A stretch of DNA of 64,000 bases from Acidobacteriota bacterium (GCA_012103255.1 WLXD01000003.1:141984-205983); one strand, 5' to 3'; positions 49,279 to 60,070 are shown, numbered from the stretch's first letter. Numbers and translations: made by a program. Notes: a model not told the origin generated them from the letters alone.

Positions 49279-49725
49279 CTAGTCGTCGGCGCCGAGCAGG
49301 CTCCATTCGTAGCTGACGAAGCGTTCGAGATCAACGGTCGCTCCGCCGTCTTCGTAGAGGCAGCGTGCGGGAACGTTGTCGGTCTCTGTTCCTACCCACG
49401 CCTCATGGCACCCTCGTCGCTTCCCTTCATCCAAGGCGCCCGCCAGGACTCGCCTGCCAGTGCCCTGCCGCTGATGCGTCGGCGCCACCCCGACCTCGTT
49501 GATCCACAACGCCGGCGGCTTGTCAGGATAGAAGTACTCGACCGCTGACACCATGCCCACGACCAGCTCATTCGCCAGTGCTACGACGAGGATATGGCGG
49601 CGGTCGCCAAGGAAGCGCACCGCTTGCTCGGCAAGAATCGGGCGATCGAAGACGTCTTCTGCCACGGCGGAAAGAACGTCCTCGTCGCCTGAACCAAGCA
49701 CCCGGATTCTGATGGACTCGCTCAT
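49279..49725 (-). CDS. GNAT family N-acetyltransferase
   Basis: LWINEVGVAPTHQRQGTG, AWVGTETDNVPARCLY. Confidence 0.85.
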   Translation of the reverse strand: MSESIRIRVLGSGDEDVLSAVAEDVFDRPILAEQAVRFLGDRRHILVVALANELVVGMVSAVEYFYPDKPPALWINEVGVAPTHQRQGTGRRVLAGALDEGKRRGCHEAWVGTETDNVPARCLYEDGGATVDLERFVSYEWSLLGADD

Positions 49726-49747
49726 GTCTGCCCCCCTTTCGTGCGTC

Positions 49748-49910
49748 ATGCGATTCAGTACGCCAATCCGTTCTATTCTCGTTCTATCGTTGGCAACCAT
49801 CGGTGCCACGGACGCACACAGTCAAGAGCGCATCGCCGCCGAGCCGATGAGCTACCGAGGCGGCGCCTGGCTGGAGCGGGTTGGACGGCCGGACGAAGAG
49901 CGCCCGCATA
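49748..49910 (+). pseudogene. 5' stub of a secreted class I SAM-dependent methyltransferase gene
   Basis: Signal peptide then A.PMSYRGGAWLER..R..EERP, the usual N-terminus of this family; no D.GAG.G motif follows. Confidence 0.45.
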
Positions 49911-49948
49911 CAACACCCGCCGCTGCGGGACTGGTATCGCGCCTGCTG

Positions 49949-50998
49949 CTAGGCCGAAGTCAGGCCGTTGGCCTGATCCACCGCATCTTGCGGCGTGAGC
50001 GCATACCCATCGGCGCCGAACACGTTCCATGCCTCTGGAGCATCAGTGAAGCCGGGGCCACCCACGATCACCTTTACATCGGAGCGCTCGCTCGACCTGA
50101 GCGCCGAGATCGTCAGCGCCACGCGGTTGAGCTGGGTCACGATCGACGCGGACAGCGCCACGACATCGGCGTTGTGACTGACCACCGCTTCGGCAACCGC
50201 GTCGGCGGGCGTGTCAGCACCAAGGAAAACCGTGCGCCAACCGCGGGTTCGGAAGAAGTCAGCCACGAAGCGGGCGCCAAGATCGTGCGCGTTGGTCTCG
50301 ACTGCGGCCACAATGATGGTCTTCCCGGTCGGGTCCTGTTTCTCCATCTGCCGGGCAAGTAGAGCACTCGCTCGCGCCGTGGTCTGGGTAACGACGTGCT
50401 CATCAGCAACCGACGCCTCATCGAGGAACCACATCCGGCCGATCTCGCGCTGCGCCGGAATCAGGATCTCGACGTAGGCGCGTTCCGGGCCACGCTCCGC
50501 CGCGATCTCTTCGACGAACTCCATCGCGTCGTCCTGCCGCCCCTCAAGAGCCAGCGACATGTACTTCAAGACCGGACGGTGTTCATCATTGTCCGGGTCG
50601 AGCGCCGACCGGATCGGGGCCGCCCCCGCCCCCAGGGCATCTCGGGCCGCGCCGAAGTAAGGCTCCAATATCTCGGCTGGCTTAGCCGGCAGACTGTCTC
50701 TGAGGATCTCCTCAAGCGCATCAAGAGCCACCGCCAGATCGTCCGGTCTGAGGCCGCGCACCTGAAAGGCGTGCGCGTTCCACCGCGTCTGCGCCCCAAA
50801 CACCGTGGGAGCCTGTGCATCCAACGCCGCTGCCAGTTCGCGCAGTCTTTGAATCTGATTGTCCTGCCAGCGTCCGTGCGCGCCCGGAGCGAAACGCTCC
50901 TCCAGGGCAGCGTCACGCTCGAGCATCAAACTGGCGGCGTGGCCCGCGAAGTTGGTCTCGCCTTGCCGGATCAGGGCCGAGTAGAACGCTTCGTTCAC
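49949..50998 (-). CDS. Cobalamin-binding sensor protein (CarH/AerR-type B12 domain, globin/phycobiliprotein-like N-domain, no HTH)
   Basis: W-x9-EH (WFLDEASVADEH), NAHDLG, FLGADTP, VALSAS, VIVGG. Confidence 0.85.
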   Translation of the reverse strand: MNEAFYSALIRQGETNFAGHAASLMLERDAALEERFAPGAHGRWQDNQIQRLRELAAALDAQAPTVFGAQTRWNAHAFQVRGLRPDDLAVALDALEEILRDSLPAKPAEILEPYFGAARDALGAGAAPIRSALDPDNDEHRPVLKYMSLALEGRQDDAMEFVEEIAAERGPERAYVEILIPAQREIGRMWFLDEASVADEHVVTQTTARASALLARQMEKQDPTGKTIIVAAVETNAHDLGARFVADFFRTRGWRTVFLGADTPADAVAEAVVSHNADVVALSASIVTQLNRVALTISALRSSERSDVKVIVGGPGFTDAPEAWNVFGADGYALTPQDAVDQANGLTSA

Positions 50999-51861
50999 GG
51001 CGCCACCACGCTGGCGACCAGGTTGATGCGCTCGCGCGATGACACCATTACGCCACCCGGGCGCTCAACCGTGACGGCGAACAGAGTCGCGTCTGTGACT
51101 GGCAATGTCGGCAGGATGGGCACGACGACTTCTCCGTTCTCCAAAATGTCGAAAACGCCACCATCCACAGGGTAGCGCTCGTCCCGTGCCGAGTCGAAGA
51201 TCCAGAGTTGATATTGGAACTCGTTCGCATCATTGGGCACGAGACCGGCGAAGCGCATGAAGCCGCGCTGCTCCGCCGCGCTCCAGACAACGTCGCCCGT
51301 CGCTGCCGACGCAGTCGGGTCGTCCGTCGCAGTCCACTCGATCGTGACCACGTCGGTACCGGCAACGAGCAGGGCCTCCCGGGCATCGAAAGGAGATAGC
51401 TCAGCAGCGGCCGGGGTCGGTCCGTTCAACTCGCTGCTGGTATCAGGAGAGACAGCTCCGCGAAAGGCCGGGAACCATCCCAGCGCCGCAACGAGCAGCG
51501 CCATCGCCGCCACCGCCCAGGCAGGTGCGGACCCCCGCCGTTCGGGGAACGCGACGAGGTTGTGGTTCCGTTCGACGCCTTCATCTACCGACTGCTGTGG
51601 TTCACCCGCCGGCTCCGGCTGTCGTTCGCACCACTCGTCGCCGGCAATTCTCAACTGCCGTTGGAGCGTCTCTGGCATCTGCGAGGTGCCCCGATCGAGG
51701 GCGAGCATCAACGCCGCAGCGGCCCGATCGAAGCCGTCATGCTCCGCAGATGGCTCCGCGGCAAGCAGGGACTCAAGACGTTCCGACTCCGACGCACTCA
51801 AGCCGCAGGCAGCACGGAGGGCCAGCAGCGTATCGAGTTCCGAGTGCAGGTGAGCGTTCAT
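50995..51861 (-). CDS. Anti-sigma factor, RskA-like
   Basis: Single TM; G.VVWS...Q.G.M, QYQLWIFD, PVDGGVF, FAVTVERPGG. Confidence 0.88.
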   Translation of the reverse strand: MNAHLHSELDTLLALRAACGLSASESERLESLLAAEPSAEHDGFDRAAAALMLALDRGTSQMPETLQRQLRIAGDEWCERQPEPAGEPQQSVDEGVERNHNLVAFPERRGSAPAWAVAAMALLVAALGWFPAFRGAVSPDTSSELNGPTPAAAELSPFDAREALLVAGTDVVTIEWTATDDPTASAATGDVVWSAAEQRGFMRFAGLVPNDANEFQYQLWIFDSARDERYPVDGGVFDILENGEVVVPILPTLPVTDATLFAVTVERPGGVMVSSRERINLVASVVAP

Positions 51862-52451
51862 GCCTCACCTCCTGTCGACTGCTCGGTCTCGAGTCTTTGC
51901 CGCACGTACGCAAGGCCACGCGTGATGTGCGACTTCACGGTGCCCAATGGCATCTCGAGAGTGTTCGAGATCTCCTGGTGCGTTAGCCCCTTGTAGACGG
52001 AGAGTTCGAGAACTCGTCGCCGTTCGGGCGGAAGCTCCGCGAAGCTCTCTGCGGCGAGGCGCGCCTCGGCCCCGCGCTCGATGCTGATGTGCTCGTCGGA
52101 TGGAGGCTCAGGCCCCTCGTCGTCGATCGTGTCCAGGTCTAGCCGGCGGCCCCTGCGCCGTAGTCGATCAATCACGCGACGTCGCGCCACCATGGCCACA
52201 AAAGACTGTTCGGACGACTTCGAGCCATCAAAACGACCCGCCGACTTCCACAGTTCGATGAACACCTCTTGTACGGCGTCCTCGGTCTCGGCGGCGTTCC
52301 CCAGATATCGCCTTGCAAGCGACCAGACGAGCCCTCCGTACTGCTGCAGGCATGCCTGCACAGCGGCGGGGTCTCCGTTCGCGATACGCGTAAGCAGCGA
52401 CTCTGTTGACACGTCGTCCACTCGGGGTTGCACGTCGGCTGGCCGCGGCAT
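51858..52451 (-). CDS. ECF sigma factor, SigK-like (start uncertain)
   Basis: EDAVQEVFIELWKSAGRFD, ARRRVIDRLR, GLTHQEIS..LEMPLGTVKSHITRGL. Confidence 0.92.
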   Translation of the reverse strand: MPRPADVQPRVDDVSTESLLTRIANGDPAAVQACLQQYGGLVWSLARRYLGNAAETEDAVQEVFIELWKSAGRFDGSKSSEQSFVAMVARRRVIDRLRRRGRRLDLDTIDDEGPEPPSDEHISIERGAEARLAAESFAELPPERRRVLELSVYKGLTHQEISNTLEMPLGTVKSHITRGLAYVRQRLETEQSTGGEA

Positions 52452-52648
52452 GGTAACCGGCCGTGACGCTGGCGTAGTTCCAACGCCCAGTGCCGTCACG
52501 GAGTCGAGGTTGCCTGCCGATCGCTTCACGCGGAACTCCTCGAATTGCTCGATTCGCCGGAAACCATGCCTTTCACCGAGTATTCGTAGCCCCCGCGTGC
52601 CCGGATGCACGCTAATTCGGCGCTTGGCGCCACGCTACACTTGCGCCA

Positions 52649-53341
52649 ATGGATACCGCCGAGATCACCGTGAGTGAACCGTTGTCCGGTTCGCACGAAC
52701 TGAAGTTCGAGCTGAAAGCGCAACGCGCCGCTCCTGCGCGCGCGTTCCTCGACGCAACCTTTCGGCCCGATCCGGACTTCCCGGCCGGGCACGTTTCGAC
52801 GATTTACTTCGACACCCCCAACTTGCGGTTCCTGCGCGAGAAGGCCAACTCCGATCACCTCAAGTCAAAGGCACGCCTGCGCTGGTATGACGACGCCGCC
52901 AGCGGGCCGCTTTTCGCCGAGATCAAGAAGAAGGCAGGCGGGCGGAGGCTCAAGCAGCGAGCCCGCGTAATCGCACGTGCTGCCGACCTCGTCTCGGCGC
53001 CGCTCGAATCCGGTGCCTACCGTAGTGTCATCGAGGAACTGGTGGCGCTGGCCGCGATCCCGACCGGCGTGAGCCCGATATTGCAAATCAACTACGGCCG
53101 CAGACGCTACGTAGACACCACCACCGGCTCGCGGATCTCCCTCGACACACAGATCCGGGTCACCAGGATCAACACGCGCCTGCTGTCACGATTCGACCCG
53201 CTCCCGCTCCGGTCCGCGGTACTCGAGGTGAAGGGCCCCGAGGCGGAACCGTTGCGCCGGCTGGGCCCGCTCGTTTCGTTCGGGTGCCACCGAGCAGCGT
53301 TTTCGAAGTATCTTCGCTGCTACGAGAAAGCTTGCGCATGA
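52649..53341 (+). CDS. VTC (polyphosphate polymerase-like, CYTH) domain protein
   Basis: HELKF, STIYFDTP, KARLRWY, EIKKK, RISLD, VLEVK, FSKY. Confidence 0.85.
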   Translation: MDTAEITVSEPLSGSHELKFELKAQRAAPARAFLDATFRPDPDFPAGHVSTIYFDTPNLRFLREKANSDHLKSKARLRWYDDAASGPLFAEIKKKAGGRRLKQRARVIARAADLVSAPLESGAYRSVIEELVALAAIPTGVSPILQINYGRRRYVDTTTGSRISLDTQIRVTRINTRLLSRFDPLPLRSAVLEVKGPEAEPLRRLGPLVSFGCHRAAFSKYLRCYEKACA

Positions 53342-53403
53342 ACACGGCCGGTAGACGCCGGCAAAAGTAGACACCCCCTGTAGCGATCCCCAGTCGCCGA
53401 AAA

Positions 53404-54105
53404 ATGATCGAACAACTCTGGGACGGCCTGCAGGGCTTCGGCTCCGGGGACATGGCCAGTCTTGGGCGAGGTGCGCTCTTGCTCGGGCTTGGCGTCTCCC
53501 TCGCCGCATCGCTGTTCGTTGCGTATCTGTACCAGGTGTTCTACCGCGCCCGCGCAACGGGCTCACAGGTGCATCACGCGTTTCCCCTGATGGGGCTCGC
53601 CATCACCGCGATTTTCATCAGCGTGCAGTTTTCGCTACCGCTGTCGCTCGGCCTACTCGGCGCCTTGTCGATTGTGCGATTCAGGACACCGATCAAAGAA
53701 CCCGAGGAGATCGGCTTCATCCTGCTCGTCATCGCGACATCGTTAACGGCGGCCACGTTCAACCTGGGCTTCCTGGCGCTGTTGCTCGGCGTAGCCGTGG
53801 CAGCACTTCTCGTCATGCGGATGGACCCGAGCTTCCTCTCGCGGCGCAAGGCCGACGGCATGTTCATGGCGACTCTGCCGGCGGGCGCCGATCCGGACGC
53901 GCTGGACAAGGTCGTGGGCGCTCTGAAGGCTGCCGCCGGGCACGGAACCATCGACAGCATTACCGAGAGCGAGGACGAAGTTGCCGTGGCATTTCGAATC
54001 GCCCGAATGAAGGCCAACGACACGCCTGAACTGATCCGGAGCGTGAAGGAGGCCGCCCCCGGGGTCCGCACCAGTGTCTTCTTCTACCGTGCCGGCGACG
54101 TCTAG
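53404..54105 (+). CDS. DUF4956 family membrane protein
   Basis: SLGLLGALSIVRFRTPIKEP. Confidence 0.88.
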   Translation: MIEQLWDGLQGFGSGDMASLGRGALLLGLGVSLAASLFVAYLYQVFYRARATGSQVHHAFPLMGLAITAIFISVQFSLPLSLGLLGALSIVRFRTPIKEPEEIGFILLVIATSLTAATFNLGFLALLLGVAVAALLVMRMDPSFLSRRKADGMFMATLPAGADPDALDKVVGALKAAAGHGTIDSITESEDEVAVAFRIARMKANDTPELIRSVKEAAPGVRTSVFFYRAGDV

Positions 54106-54113
54106 CGGCGACG

Positions 54114-55847
54114 ATGTGGACGCGGCGTAACGACAGCAAGGGCAGTCCGGTTGCCATGTGTGCCGGCCTGGCGGCGCTCACGGCCGTCTTGTTTTGGTTT
54201 GATAGCCGCCCCATCGCAGCCAACGCCCGCGAGCAACTGCAGGTTCGGACCGCGCCCACTCAAGCGTTCGGGTCTGGCGCCACGGTGAGTGCTCTGCGCC
54301 AGCTCGGCCGGATTCATCCTCACCCGTTTGATCTCTCCGTTGACGTGAATTCGCTGGCAGCGGCTGGCCCCGATGGGAGGCGTCAGGTCGAGGCCTACGC
54401 CCTGGACCCGGAGGTGCCGGCAGAGCTGCCGAGCAGTGCGTCGCTGCCTGCCGACGTGTGGACCAACGCAGAAGTTGATGTTCTATCGCTCACGCTGCGC
54501 GACCGAGCAGCCGCCGCCCTCCTCGCCGAACCGGATCAACGCGGACTGGCATCTGAGCGCCCTGGCTACGTGACCCTGGTTCGCGGTGGCCGGATAGCCT
54601 TCGCGACCGGCGTCGGCGTTCGGATTCACGGAGGCACGAGCCGAGTACGCTCCGAAAACAAGAGCTTCCGGATCTACTTCCGGGAAATCTACGGAGAAGA
54701 TGGGATGCCCGCGGAGTTGGTGTTCGACGACGGGCCCCGCGATCCTCTCCGCGAGATCATCGCCCACAACGATGTGCGCACCGATCCGACCGGACAGGCC
54801 TACCGCTTCGTCAACGCCATGGCATACGCCGTCGCCGAACGCCTCGGGAGTCTCGTGCCGCGACTCCGCCCCGTCCGTTTCTTCCTGAACGGTGAATTCA
54901 AAGGTGTCTATTTCGTCACCGAGCGCCTCGGGCCCGACTACCTTGCGGCCCGTTTCAGCCACGCCAACTTCACGGCCGCCAGAACTCGCCGCGACAACTT
55001 CTCAGGATGGTTCGAGGGCGGCGATCGCGATGCCTACGACGCGTTCGTCGGCCAATACGTCACGGATCGGAGTCAGCCCGATTGCACGCTTAACGCGCGC
55101 CGGGCGGAGCGAGATGTCGATCTGGACAACCTGACAAACTGGTTCGTGGGCGTGCTCTTCAACGGAACCACTGACTGGTATCAAGGGTTGATCGCGCGCG
55201 ACGAGGCGGCGGAAGGGCCGTGGTTCTGGGTGAACTGGGATCTCGACCACAGCTTCACCACGCGCCGGATCGGCGGCAGCACTCCGTGGGCCCGCGACAT
55301 GTTCCGGCTCGTCCTCAACCGCGGTATCCGGCCGCGTTCGGTAATCCTGTCGCGCCTGATCAACGGCGATCCGGAATACCGTGAGCGGCTCGCCCGGCGC
55401 CTGGTTGATGCGCTCAACCACGAACTCACGGAAGAGTTCCTACGGGATCTCGTCGGGCAATACCGTCGCATCGCTGACACCTACGGAATCGAGGATCAGG
55501 TCTTTCTCGATCGAATCGAGACCTTCTTCGAGCACCGCCCGGACGTAATCTTGCGGCAGGCCGCCGAGCATCTGGGCTACGGAGCGCCAGCATCGGTCGT
55601 CGTCAAAATGAGCGACGGTGGCGCCGGGACCGTCGACGGACACGCGTTCGTCGAGCGCGCCGAACTCCGCTACCTGCGGGGCATGCAACTGGAGATCCGT
55701 GTCCCAAGAGCGGCGGGTCGCAGACTGTCCGCGTGGCGCATCGACGGTCGCGAGCAGGCCGCGAGCGGCGCGCGGCTCACTGTCACTGTGGAAGCAGACA
55801 CGACGATCGAGGCGATCCTGGAAGGACGTGACGCGGCGCGGAGATAG
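54114..55847 (+). CDS. CotH kinase family protein
   Basis: GVRIHGGTSR...KSFRIYFR, FLNGEFKGVY..TE, TDW, WDLDHSF. Confidence 0.8.
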   Translation: MWTRRNDSKGSPVAMCAGLAALTAVLFWFDSRPIAANAREQLQVRTAPTQAFGSGATVSALRQLGRIHPHPFDLSVDVNSLAAAGPDGRRQVEAYALDPEVPAELPSSASLPADVWTNAEVDVLSLTLRDRAAAALLAEPDQRGLASERPGYVTLVRGGRIAFATGVGVRIHGGTSRVRSENKSFRIYFREIYGEDGMPAELVFDDGPRDPLREIIAHNDVRTDPTGQAYRFVNAMAYAVAERLGSLVPRLRPVRFFLNGEFKGVYFVTERLGPDYLAARFSHANFTAARTRRDNFSGWFEGGDRDAYDAFVGQYVTDRSQPDCTLNARRAERDVDLDNLTNWFVGVLFNGTTDWYQGLIARDEAAEGPWFWVNWDLDHSFTTRRIGGSTPWARDMFRLVLNRGIRPRSVILSRLINGDPEYRERLARRLVDALNHELTEEFLRDLVGQYRRIADTYGIEDQVFLDRIETFFEHRPDVILRQAAEHLGYGAPASVVVKMSDGGAGTVDGHAFVERAELRYLRGMQLEIRVPRAAGRRLSAWRIDGREQAASGARLTVTVEADTTIEAILEGRDAARR

Positions 55848-55855
55848 CTCAGCGA

Positions 55856-56104
55856 CTAGCCGTGTCTATCGTGGCTTTCCTCATAGCGCCGTCGCTCATG
55901 GGTTCGATCGCTCGCAAGGGAACGATCTCGGGCCTTGGCGGATCGCATCGCCTTCCCGTGGCTCGCCGAGGAATGCACGGACGGCGTCGACAACTGTCGT
56001 TCGAGCTTTGTCGAACCGCACTCAGGACACTCGGCCGGAGTCCCGGGCATCACCAGTGCCTCGAAGTCATGGCCACACGCGCAGACATAGTCATGGATCG
56101 GCAT
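55856..56104 (-). CDS. FmdB family zinc-ribbon protein
   Basis: MPIHDYVCACGH.FE...CPECGS..LERQLS. Confidence 0.88.
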   Translation of the reverse strand: MPIHDYVCACGHDFEALVMPGTPAECPECGSTKLERQLSTPSVHSSASHGKAMRSAKARDRSLASDRTHERRRYEESHDRHG

Positions 56105-56225
56105 GCGGTGAGCCTAGATTGGTCGTACTACAGTGTCCAACGGTGTTGGCAGTCGGCGTGACGAGGTCGACTCATTCAAACTACGATCTGGGCTGGAACG
56201 CCGTCCCCACCAGGAGACCACCGCG

Positions 56226-56885
<660 letters not shown>

Positions 56886-56990
56886 CTCCTAGACATCGGC
56901 ACCTAGTCTCTGCGGGCGCGACCACCTGATGTCGCGCCCGCGGTGCGTTTGGCTCCAGGGCGCCTCCCGGCAAGGGCGACTTGCATCCGA

Positions 56991-57038
56991 ACTATTCGCA
57001 GTTCTACTATTCCCGAATAGCGAATAGTCATCCCCAGA
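56991..57038. promoter_or_regulatory. Candidate PadR operator (ACTATTCGC...GCGAATAGT with inner CTATTC-CC-GAATAG)
   Basis: Nested inverted repeats directly upstream of the padR start. Confidence 0.5.
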
Positions 57039-57051
57039 TCGACTCTCTGCG

Positions 57052-57408
57052 ATGGTTGCCTCGGAACAAAGCCAAGCGCCGCTTGGGCCGCATCTTTTTG
57101 AAATCCTCCTCGTTCTCGCGGACGGCAGCGCCCACGGCTATGGCATCGTGGGGGCGATTCGCGAGCGCACTGGCTCGCGTGTGGTTCTCTCCACAAGCAC
57201 GCTCTACCGCGGCATCGAGCGCTTGCTGGCTCGCGGACTCATCGCCGAAGCCGATGGCAACGCCGAAGACTCCTCGGGCGGCCCGCCGCGCAAGTACTAC
57301 CGCCTCACGTCCATCGGCCGGAGCGCTGCTGAACAGGAGGCCCGTCGGCTCCGTGAGGTCGCGGCGGCAGCGGAGGCGCGATTCCTCGCGCCGAGGTCGT
57401 CCCGATGA
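57052..57408 (+). CDS. PadR family transcriptional regulator
   Basis: ILLVL..AHGYGI, TLYRGIERL..GLI, RKYYRLT..G. Confidence 0.9.
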   Translation: MVASEQSQAPLGPHLFEILLVLADGSAHGYGIVGAIRERTGSRVVLSTSTLYRGIERLLARGLIAEADGNAEDSSGGPPRKYYRLTSIGRSAAEQEARRLREVAAAAEARFLAPRSSR

Positions 57409-60038
57409 GCCGCGGCACGAGCGGCGTGCTTGAATGTATCCACGGCAGTGCCATTCGGGTGCTCGCGCCGAATCTGTGGCGGCGGCGCGAGGCGGATCTT
57501 CAGGCAACGTTGGCCGACCTTCATGCGGAGGCTCGCTCCAAAGGCGGGCTAGCTGCTGCGATCACGCTCGTGATGCGGGAATGTCGCGTCCTCGTCACTG
57601 AGCTCCTGCGTGCCTGCCGACAGGCCATCATCGGGGGGCTCGGTTCGGACCTGCGCTACGCCATCCGCGTACTGCTGCAGCGCCCCGGCGCCACTGCCGT
57701 CATGGTGCTGACCATGGCTCTCGGCATCGCTGTCAACGTGACGGTGTTCCGCGCGGTGCAGCAGGCCATTCTGCAGCCGTTGCCATTCGACGAACCCGAA
57801 CGTATCGCGATCCTCTGGGACTACGACCTCGAGCGCGGCCGCAACGCAGTCGGAATCTCGACGGCGCTGGCGTTCGACACCTACCGCAACGGCGGTGGAG
57901 CGCTCGCCGAGTTCGCGGCCAGCCGCAACGGCACGCTGACGCTGACCGGGCTCGAACGTCCGCTTTCTCCCCTGAAAACCTTCATGACGCCGAGCCTACA
58001 TGCGCTTTTCGGGGTCGCGCCCATCCTTGGCCGCACTTTCACCTCCGAGGACGCAGCTCTGGGTGCCGCGCCGGTGGCTATGTTGAGCCACGAACTCTGG
58101 CAGCAACTTGGTGGCGACCCGTCGATCGTCGGGCAGCCTCTGGAACTGGACGGCGCTGACTCGACAATCGTCGGGGTCATGCCTGCGGGCTTCCGATTTC
58201 CGCTCGGCAACAACCCTCCTCTGCTCTGGGCCCCGCTCCAGGTCGAGGACTGGTCCGAACGGAACACGCGCAACCTGTTCGTCTTCGCTCGGCTGAACGA
58301 ACACATCAGCTATGAGCAGTTCGGTAGCGCGATGGACGAGCTCGGGGCGAGCCTGGCCGCGACCTACCCGGACTCGTTCGGCGGTCGCGGCGTGCGCGTC
58401 GATGCGCTCCAGGACCGAGCCTTCGGGCCCGCGCGGGTACCTCTCCTTGTACTGATGGGAGCGGTGGGCTTCGTCCTACTCATCGCGTGCGTCAACATCG
58501 CCAACATGCAGCTGGCACGAGCCCTCGGACGAACCCGCGAGCTGGGATTGCGAATCGCCATTGGTGCGAGCCAGACGCGGATCGTTCGACAGCTCATGGT
58601 CGAGGCACTCCTGGTGGCAACCGCCGGAGGTGGACTCGGTCTGCTTGCCGTGCTTTGGACAGGTCCTTTCGTGGACCGGTTCATGCCGCCCTGGGCGAGC
58701 AATGAGTTCTATTCCACCGGATTGGCCAACACGCAGGTAGTGATCTTCACCGCGTTCGCGACCATTGGCACCGCCCTGATCTTTGGACTGGCCCCGGCGC
58801 TTGCAGTCGCGCGCGGAGCGCGCAATGACGCGACGATGCGAACGAGCACCGAAGGCCGGACCGGCCGGCGACTCCGACGCGGCCTCACGATCGCAGAGGT
58901 GGCCATCTCGCTCGTACTCCTTGCGGGTACCGGCTTGATGGTCCGGAGCCTGGTCTCGCTGAGAGCCCTGGACCCCGGGATCACGACCGAGCGCCTCACG
59001 GTGATGCGCACCGGAGTGCGCGGCGACGAGTATTCGGTTCCGGAGCGCCGCGCCGCGCACTATCGGGACGTTGTCGCGCGCCTCAACGAATTGCCGGGCG
59101 TTGAGTCCGCCACTGCAGGTGATCGACTTCCACCCACGGGACTCGGCGCGAGCGTAGCGTTCACCGTGTCGAATGGTGCCGCAGTGGATCATGGGCACGA
59201 GCCGCGGATCGGGATTCGCTCAGTGACTCCCGGCTATTTTGCCACGCTGAAGATCGAGGTCATCTCTGGTATTCCATTCGGGCACGAAACCGATCTGGCC
59301 GGTGAACCGGTGGCCGTGATCAACGAGACCGCCAGGCGACGCTTCTGGCCTGAAGCCGACCCCGTGGGTTCCACGATCACGCTGCTGGACGACGCCACAC
59401 CGCGGAGGATCGTTGCCGTCGTCGGGGACGTGCGCACGTGGGGAGTACCGCCCGAAACTCCGCCGATGCTGTTCCTGCCCCATGAACAACGGGCCGCCGC
59501 AACGATGACTCTGGCCGTCCGCACGGAGCCGGGCGCGGCCGTGTCGGTGGAGGCCATGCAGAAGATCATTCTTGATGCAGAGCCTCGCTCCCCGATCTAC
59601 AACGTCACGACGATGGACCAGCGAATAGAGGACGCCAACCGGAGCGTGACCGGCATCGCCGAGCTACTCGGCTGGTTCGCGATGCTGGCGCTGGCCCTGG
59701 TCACGATCGGCATCTACGCGATCATGTCGCAGACGGTGCGTGAGCGGTTCCGCGAGTTCGGGATCCGGATGGCGCTCGGCGCCCCGGCCAAGAGCATGCT
59801 CCGGCTGGTGGTGCGCGACGCACTCCGCATCGCCGCATGGGGCAGTGCCGTCGGACTCGTGGGCGCGCTGACCTTGGGGCGCGTACTGACCGGCCTGCTA
59901 TACGACGTCGCGCCTCATGATCCCGTCACCATGGGCGCAGTACTCCTCGGGATGGCAGCCGTCGTCGTGACCGCGAGTGCGGTCCCAGGCCTTCGAGCGG
60001 CCCGCACCAACCCTGCCGACACGCTGCGCCAGGACTAG
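57405..60038 (+). CDS. ADOP-type duplicated ABC transporter permease
   Basis: DLRYAIRVL..RPG, LLIACVNIANMQLAR, ELGLRIAIGA, EFGIRMALGA, NPADTLRQD. Confidence 0.9.
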   Translation: MSRGTSGVLECIHGSAIRVLAPNLWRRREADLQATLADLHAEARSKGGLAAAITLVMRECRVLVTELLRACRQAIIGGLGSDLRYAIRVLLQRPGATAVMVLTMALGIAVNVTVFRAVQQAILQPLPFDEPERIAILWDYDLERGRNAVGISTALAFDTYRNGGGALAEFAASRNGTLTLTGLERPLSPLKTFMTPSLHALFGVAPILGRTFTSEDAALGAAPVAMLSHELWQQLGGDPSIVGQPLELDGADSTIVGVMPAGFRFPLGNNPPLLWAPLQVEDWSERNTRNLFVFARLNEHISYEQFGSAMDELGASLAATYPDSFGGRGVRVDALQDRAFGPARVPLLVLMGAVGFVLLIACVNIANMQLARALGRTRELGLRIAIGASQTRIVRQLMVEALLVATAGGGLGLLAVLWTGPFVDRFMPPWASNEFYSTGLANTQVVIFTAFATIGTALIFGLAPALAVARGARNDATMRTSTEGRTGRRLRRGLTIAEVAISLVLLAGTGLMVRSLVSLRALDPGITTERLTVMRTGVRGDEYSVPERRAAHYRDVVARLNELPGVESATAGDRLPPTGLGASVAFTVSNGAAVDHGHEPRIGIRSVTPGYFATLKIEVISGIPFGHETDLAGEPVAVINETARRRFWPEADPVGSTITLLDDATPRRIVAVVGDVRTWGVPPETPPMLFLPHEQRAAATMTLAVRTEPGAAVSVEAMQKIILDAEPRSPIYNVTTMDQRIEDANRSVTGIAELLGWFAMLALALVTIGIYAIMSQTVRERFREFGIRMALGAPAKSMLRLVVRDALRIAAWGSAVGLVGALTLGRVLTGLLYDVAPHDPVTMGAVLLGMAAVVVTASAVPGLRAARTNPADTLRQD

Positions 60039-60042
60039 TCCC

Positions 60043-60070
60043 CGCGGGGGCTAGCACGCAACCCCCCGCG
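60043..60070. terminator. GC-rich hairpin between convergent genes
   Basis: CGCGGGGG...CCCCCGCG; no U-tract. Confidence 0.4.

Noticed and set aside
49279-49725. Aminoglycoside acetyltransferase resistance gene
   Set aside because: Only generic GNAT motifs are visible; the substrate cannot be assigned and the context is not mobile
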